From Alphaproteobacteria bacterium (lineage in GTDB: Bacteria > Patescibacteriota > Minisyncoccia > Phycocordibacterales > JABAAK01), in the NCBI GenBank assembly GCA_030054135.1, contig JASGCN010000001.1, positions 18,013 through 82,012 of the forward strand: 64,000 nucleotides of DNA. The letters run 5' to 3'. Both the position numbers and the translations under genes were made by a program. The notes beneath the pieces are model-generated. The model saw only the letters and a list, made by a program, of their open reading frames with translations. It had not been told where the DNA came from and did not search any database. The stretch's first letter is position 1; each line of letters starts with the position of its first letter. Positions 61,724 to 64,000 of this stretch are shown here, in pieces.

Positions 61724-61888
61724 ACTTCTAGTATATGGCAAAAACAAAAAATGTATAGTATTATTTTGTTACCGACGGTGCGGTGGGTAACTCCCATCTA
61801 CGCCGACCATTTTTTATACATAGGTACGGCGGTTGCGAATAACATGTATTCGTGTAAAAAAAACAGTACGATAGACATATACAATATA

Positions 61889-61961
61889 CCGCCCATAGCT
61901 CAGCTGGTAGAGCAACCGCCTTTTAAGCGGTGGGTCGCAGGTTCGATTCCTGCTGGGCGGA
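61889..61961 (+). tRNA. tRNA-Lys(TTT)
   Basis: CCGCCCA/TGGGCGG acceptor, ACCGC-CTTTTAA-GCGGT, GTTCGATTC. Confidence 0.96.
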
Positions 61962-62069
61962 CTAATGGCTCGCAGATACATATTATCTGCTCGTTAAAGT
62001 GTAGAAAAACAAAAGTTAAAAGTTAAAACGAAAAGAAAGCGTACAGTATCTTAACGAAGAGATGGCATA

Positions 62070-62957
62070 TTATCTCCGAGTAAGTTCTAAAGTAAAGCGT
62101 TTCGTATTTTTGCGACATGTATAGGAACAAAACGCTGGAGCATGTGGCGCACAGGTTTCACACATCAGCACATGGGTATGACATTCATCATTTGCACAAT
62201 CAATATATCTTTCAGTTGATTGTTTGCACTTTGTGCATTCACCAACTACATCATGGGTGCTGGTAGTATGCATAACTTTTCTTTTATCAAATGTGTACAG
62301 TGATCCAGAAAAATACCCATGAGGGTATTCTTCCAGATAGGTGTGTATACCTCCATCAAGCTGACATACTTCTGTAAATCCTTGATCAAGTAAGTATGCA
62401 GACATTTTTTCACAACGCACACCACCAGTGCAAACAGTTACAATTTTTTTATTACGATATTGATTAAGTGTTGGAATTGCTTTTGGTAAATCACGAGCGT
62501 GATTAAGATGAGGATTAACAGTATGTTTGAAAAAGCCAGAAGCAAGTTCGTACTCATTGCGCATATCTACCACTACAAAGTCTTTTTCTTCTTGAAACAT
62601 TTTGTGAAGTTCCGTTGGGGATATATGTGTTGCCGTGCGTACTTGTGGATCAATATGTTTAGGAAACTTGGTACCTACAATTTCATCTCTTATTTTTATT
62701 GAACATTTTGGAAATGTATCTCCATTGCTTGTGCTTTTTTTAATATGCATATTTTTAAACAATGGATTGTTATGAATTTCTGCAATAACATCTGGCACAT
62801 CACTTGTTAGTATTTCTATCGTGCTATTAAATCCTTCTTTGGCAATAATAGTACGCCCTTTTGCTTTATAGTGGTGAGATATATTTTTATACCAAGTACG
62901 GATTGCCTGTGGGTCTGGTATGGTGATGTATTGATACATGAGTAGTGTTGTGTACAT
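62070..62957 (-). CDS. trhO: Rhodanese-domain tRNA U34 hydroxylase (UPF0176/YceA)
   Basis: KGRTIIAKEGFN, DMRNEYE, CTGGVRCEK, QLDGGI, C-terminal Cys cluster. Confidence 0.85.
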   Translation of the reverse strand: MYTTLLMYQYITIPDPQAIRTWYKNISHHYKAKGRTIIAKEGFNSTIEILTSDVPDVIAEIHNNPLFKNMHIKKSTSNGDTFPKCSIKIRDEIVGTKFPKHIDPQVRTATHISPTELHKMFQEEKDFVVVDMRNEYELASGFFKHTVNPHLNHARDLPKAIPTLNQYRNKKIVTVCTGGVRCEKMSAYLLDQGFTEVCQLDGGIHTYLEEYPHGYFSGSLYTFDKRKVMHTTSTHDVVGECTKCKQSTERYIDCANDECHTHVLMCETCAPHAPAFCSYTCRKNTKRFTLELTRR

Positions 62958-63017
62958 AGTGTCTACTATATCAAATTGTGTTCTCAAAATGAAATTACAA
63001 CATGATATGATGTAGAT

Positions 63018-63536
63018 ATGGCAGATCATACGCATATTGGATGGGCAATTCCGGTAAGTAAAAAAAAATATAGCAAAGAGAGAGAAATAATATATGTGTT
63101 GGTAGGGATTACCTTTGTGCTTTGGGCTTTGTTTGCCAAACAGTATGTTTTTGCTTTATTGCTTTCTGTATATTCAGTGATACTGATACAAATTCATAGA
63201 AAAGATCCAACAATGACCTATCACGCATTTACTGATAAAGGATTTGTGTATAATAACGAAAAAACAATTCTCTATGAACATATTGTGGGATATAATTTTA
63301 TAGATATACCAGACGAATACGCACACATGCTCATCGCTGCACAAGAGCCAGTTGAAATTATAACAAACACAACAGAGCAAGAGAGCACTATACCACCCAC
63401 AACATATCGTGTGTATACTGTGCAGGTGTTTGATTCTAATGTAGAAAATCTTGAGAAAGTTTTTAGAGATAACAATATCCAATATCAAAAACAATTGCAA
63501 TTGCCTCTTATAGATTTTTTGTCACGATATGTATAG
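63018..63536 (+). CDS. Hypothetical protein with two TM helices and a soluble C-terminal domain
   Basis: 172-aa ORF with a hydrophobic hairpin near the N-terminus. Confidence 0.65.
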   Translation: MADHTHIGWAIPVSKKKYSKEREIIYVLVGITFVLWALFAKQYVFALLLSVYSVILIQIHRKDPTMTYHAFTDKGFVYNNEKTILYEHIVGYNFIDIPDEYAHMLIAAQEPVEIITNTTEQESTIPPTTYRVYTVQVFDSNVENLEKVFRDNNIQYQKQLQLPLIDFLSRYV

Positions 63537-63557
63537 CACAATATCTATGACGAATAC

Positions 63558-64000
63558 ATGTTACCATTGAATATGCAAGAAGAAACTGCTTTAGTTTTTT
63601 TTCAAGAAAATAATTATGTGTATATGGTGCTTCTCATGGCTATTGTAGTGTTGATTATATTGGCATTTGTACGATACATCAGTGTATGGCTATACCGTCT
63701 TGCAAAAGTTCCTGCGAAGGAAACAGAAGAATCGTTCGCTATGCATATTTTCCGTCACATAGGATTTATTTTTGCAGTGTCTAGTGGTGTGTGGGTCGGG
63801 CTTTCGTATTTGGTGCTTCCAGCAGATTCTTTTGTACGAGACATCAAAGAAGCGATGTTTTTTATTTCTTTAATTTCTTTGGGATATGGGTGTATGCGTG
63901 GTGTGCAAGAAACATTTATTGTACGCATAAAAAACTTACTTCCTTCTGAAACATTGAGAGCCTCTTTTTTGCCAGTGGCAAGTATACTTACACAAATTAC
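63558..64000 (+). CDS. Partial membrane protein, possibly the N-terminus of an MscS-family channel
   Basis: Frame is open from ATG 63558 to the window end with three TM-like segments; diagnostic motifs would lie beyond the window. Confidence 0.45.
   Translation, partial: MLPLNMQEETALVFFQENNYVYMVLLMAIVVLIILAFVRYISVWLYRLAKVPAKETEESFAMHIFRHIGFIFAVSSGVWVGLSYLVLPADSFVRDIKEAMFFISLISLGYGCMRGVQETFIVRIKNLLPSETLRASFLPVASILTQI

Noticed and set aside
996-63500. Numerous 60-190 aa antisense or off-frame ORFs nested in long genes
   Set aside because: They are fully overlapped by well-supported CDSs and lack motifs
1-64000. Alternative genetic code (TGA read as Gly or Trp)
   Set aside because: Conserved genes are full length under code 11 and several end at TGA (e.g. 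21230, 54197)

Overview
AT-rich, gene-dense bacterial chromosome segment in standard genetic code 11 (TGA is used as a stop). Gene content and style fit a Patescibacteria/CPR (Parcubacteria-like) organism; this placement is inference. The window spans the replication origin (yidC-rnpA-rpmH / dnaA-oriC-dnaN) and carries housekeeping genes (cca, xth, pyrH, xerC/D, rpsO, pnp, comM, pcrA, rsmA, PBP1A, ruvABC, pilB/gspE, tsaE, polA, MacAB-like ABC exporter, holA, leuS, rpsT, trhO) and six tRNAs. Two accessory regions stand out. (1) An ~18 kb VirB4/PrgI/VirB6-like T4SS locus with large exported proteins, including a pilin-like domain fused to a 1353-aa protein, and no relaxase or integrase in view. 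(2) An ~3.9 kb restriction-modification island at the 3' end of tRNA-Ser(TGA) that encodes no recombinase. It is bounded by a 14-bp direct repeat and by composite inverted ends: a codon-conserving 42-bp block, covarying hairpins and a 62-bp block. A degenerate copy of the empty target site lies inside a 150-nt hairpin. This element is the best candidate for an undescribed system. Many genes also appear to be leaderless, with a -10 box 5-9 nt before the ATG. All family calls are from motif recognition by eye; no searches were run.
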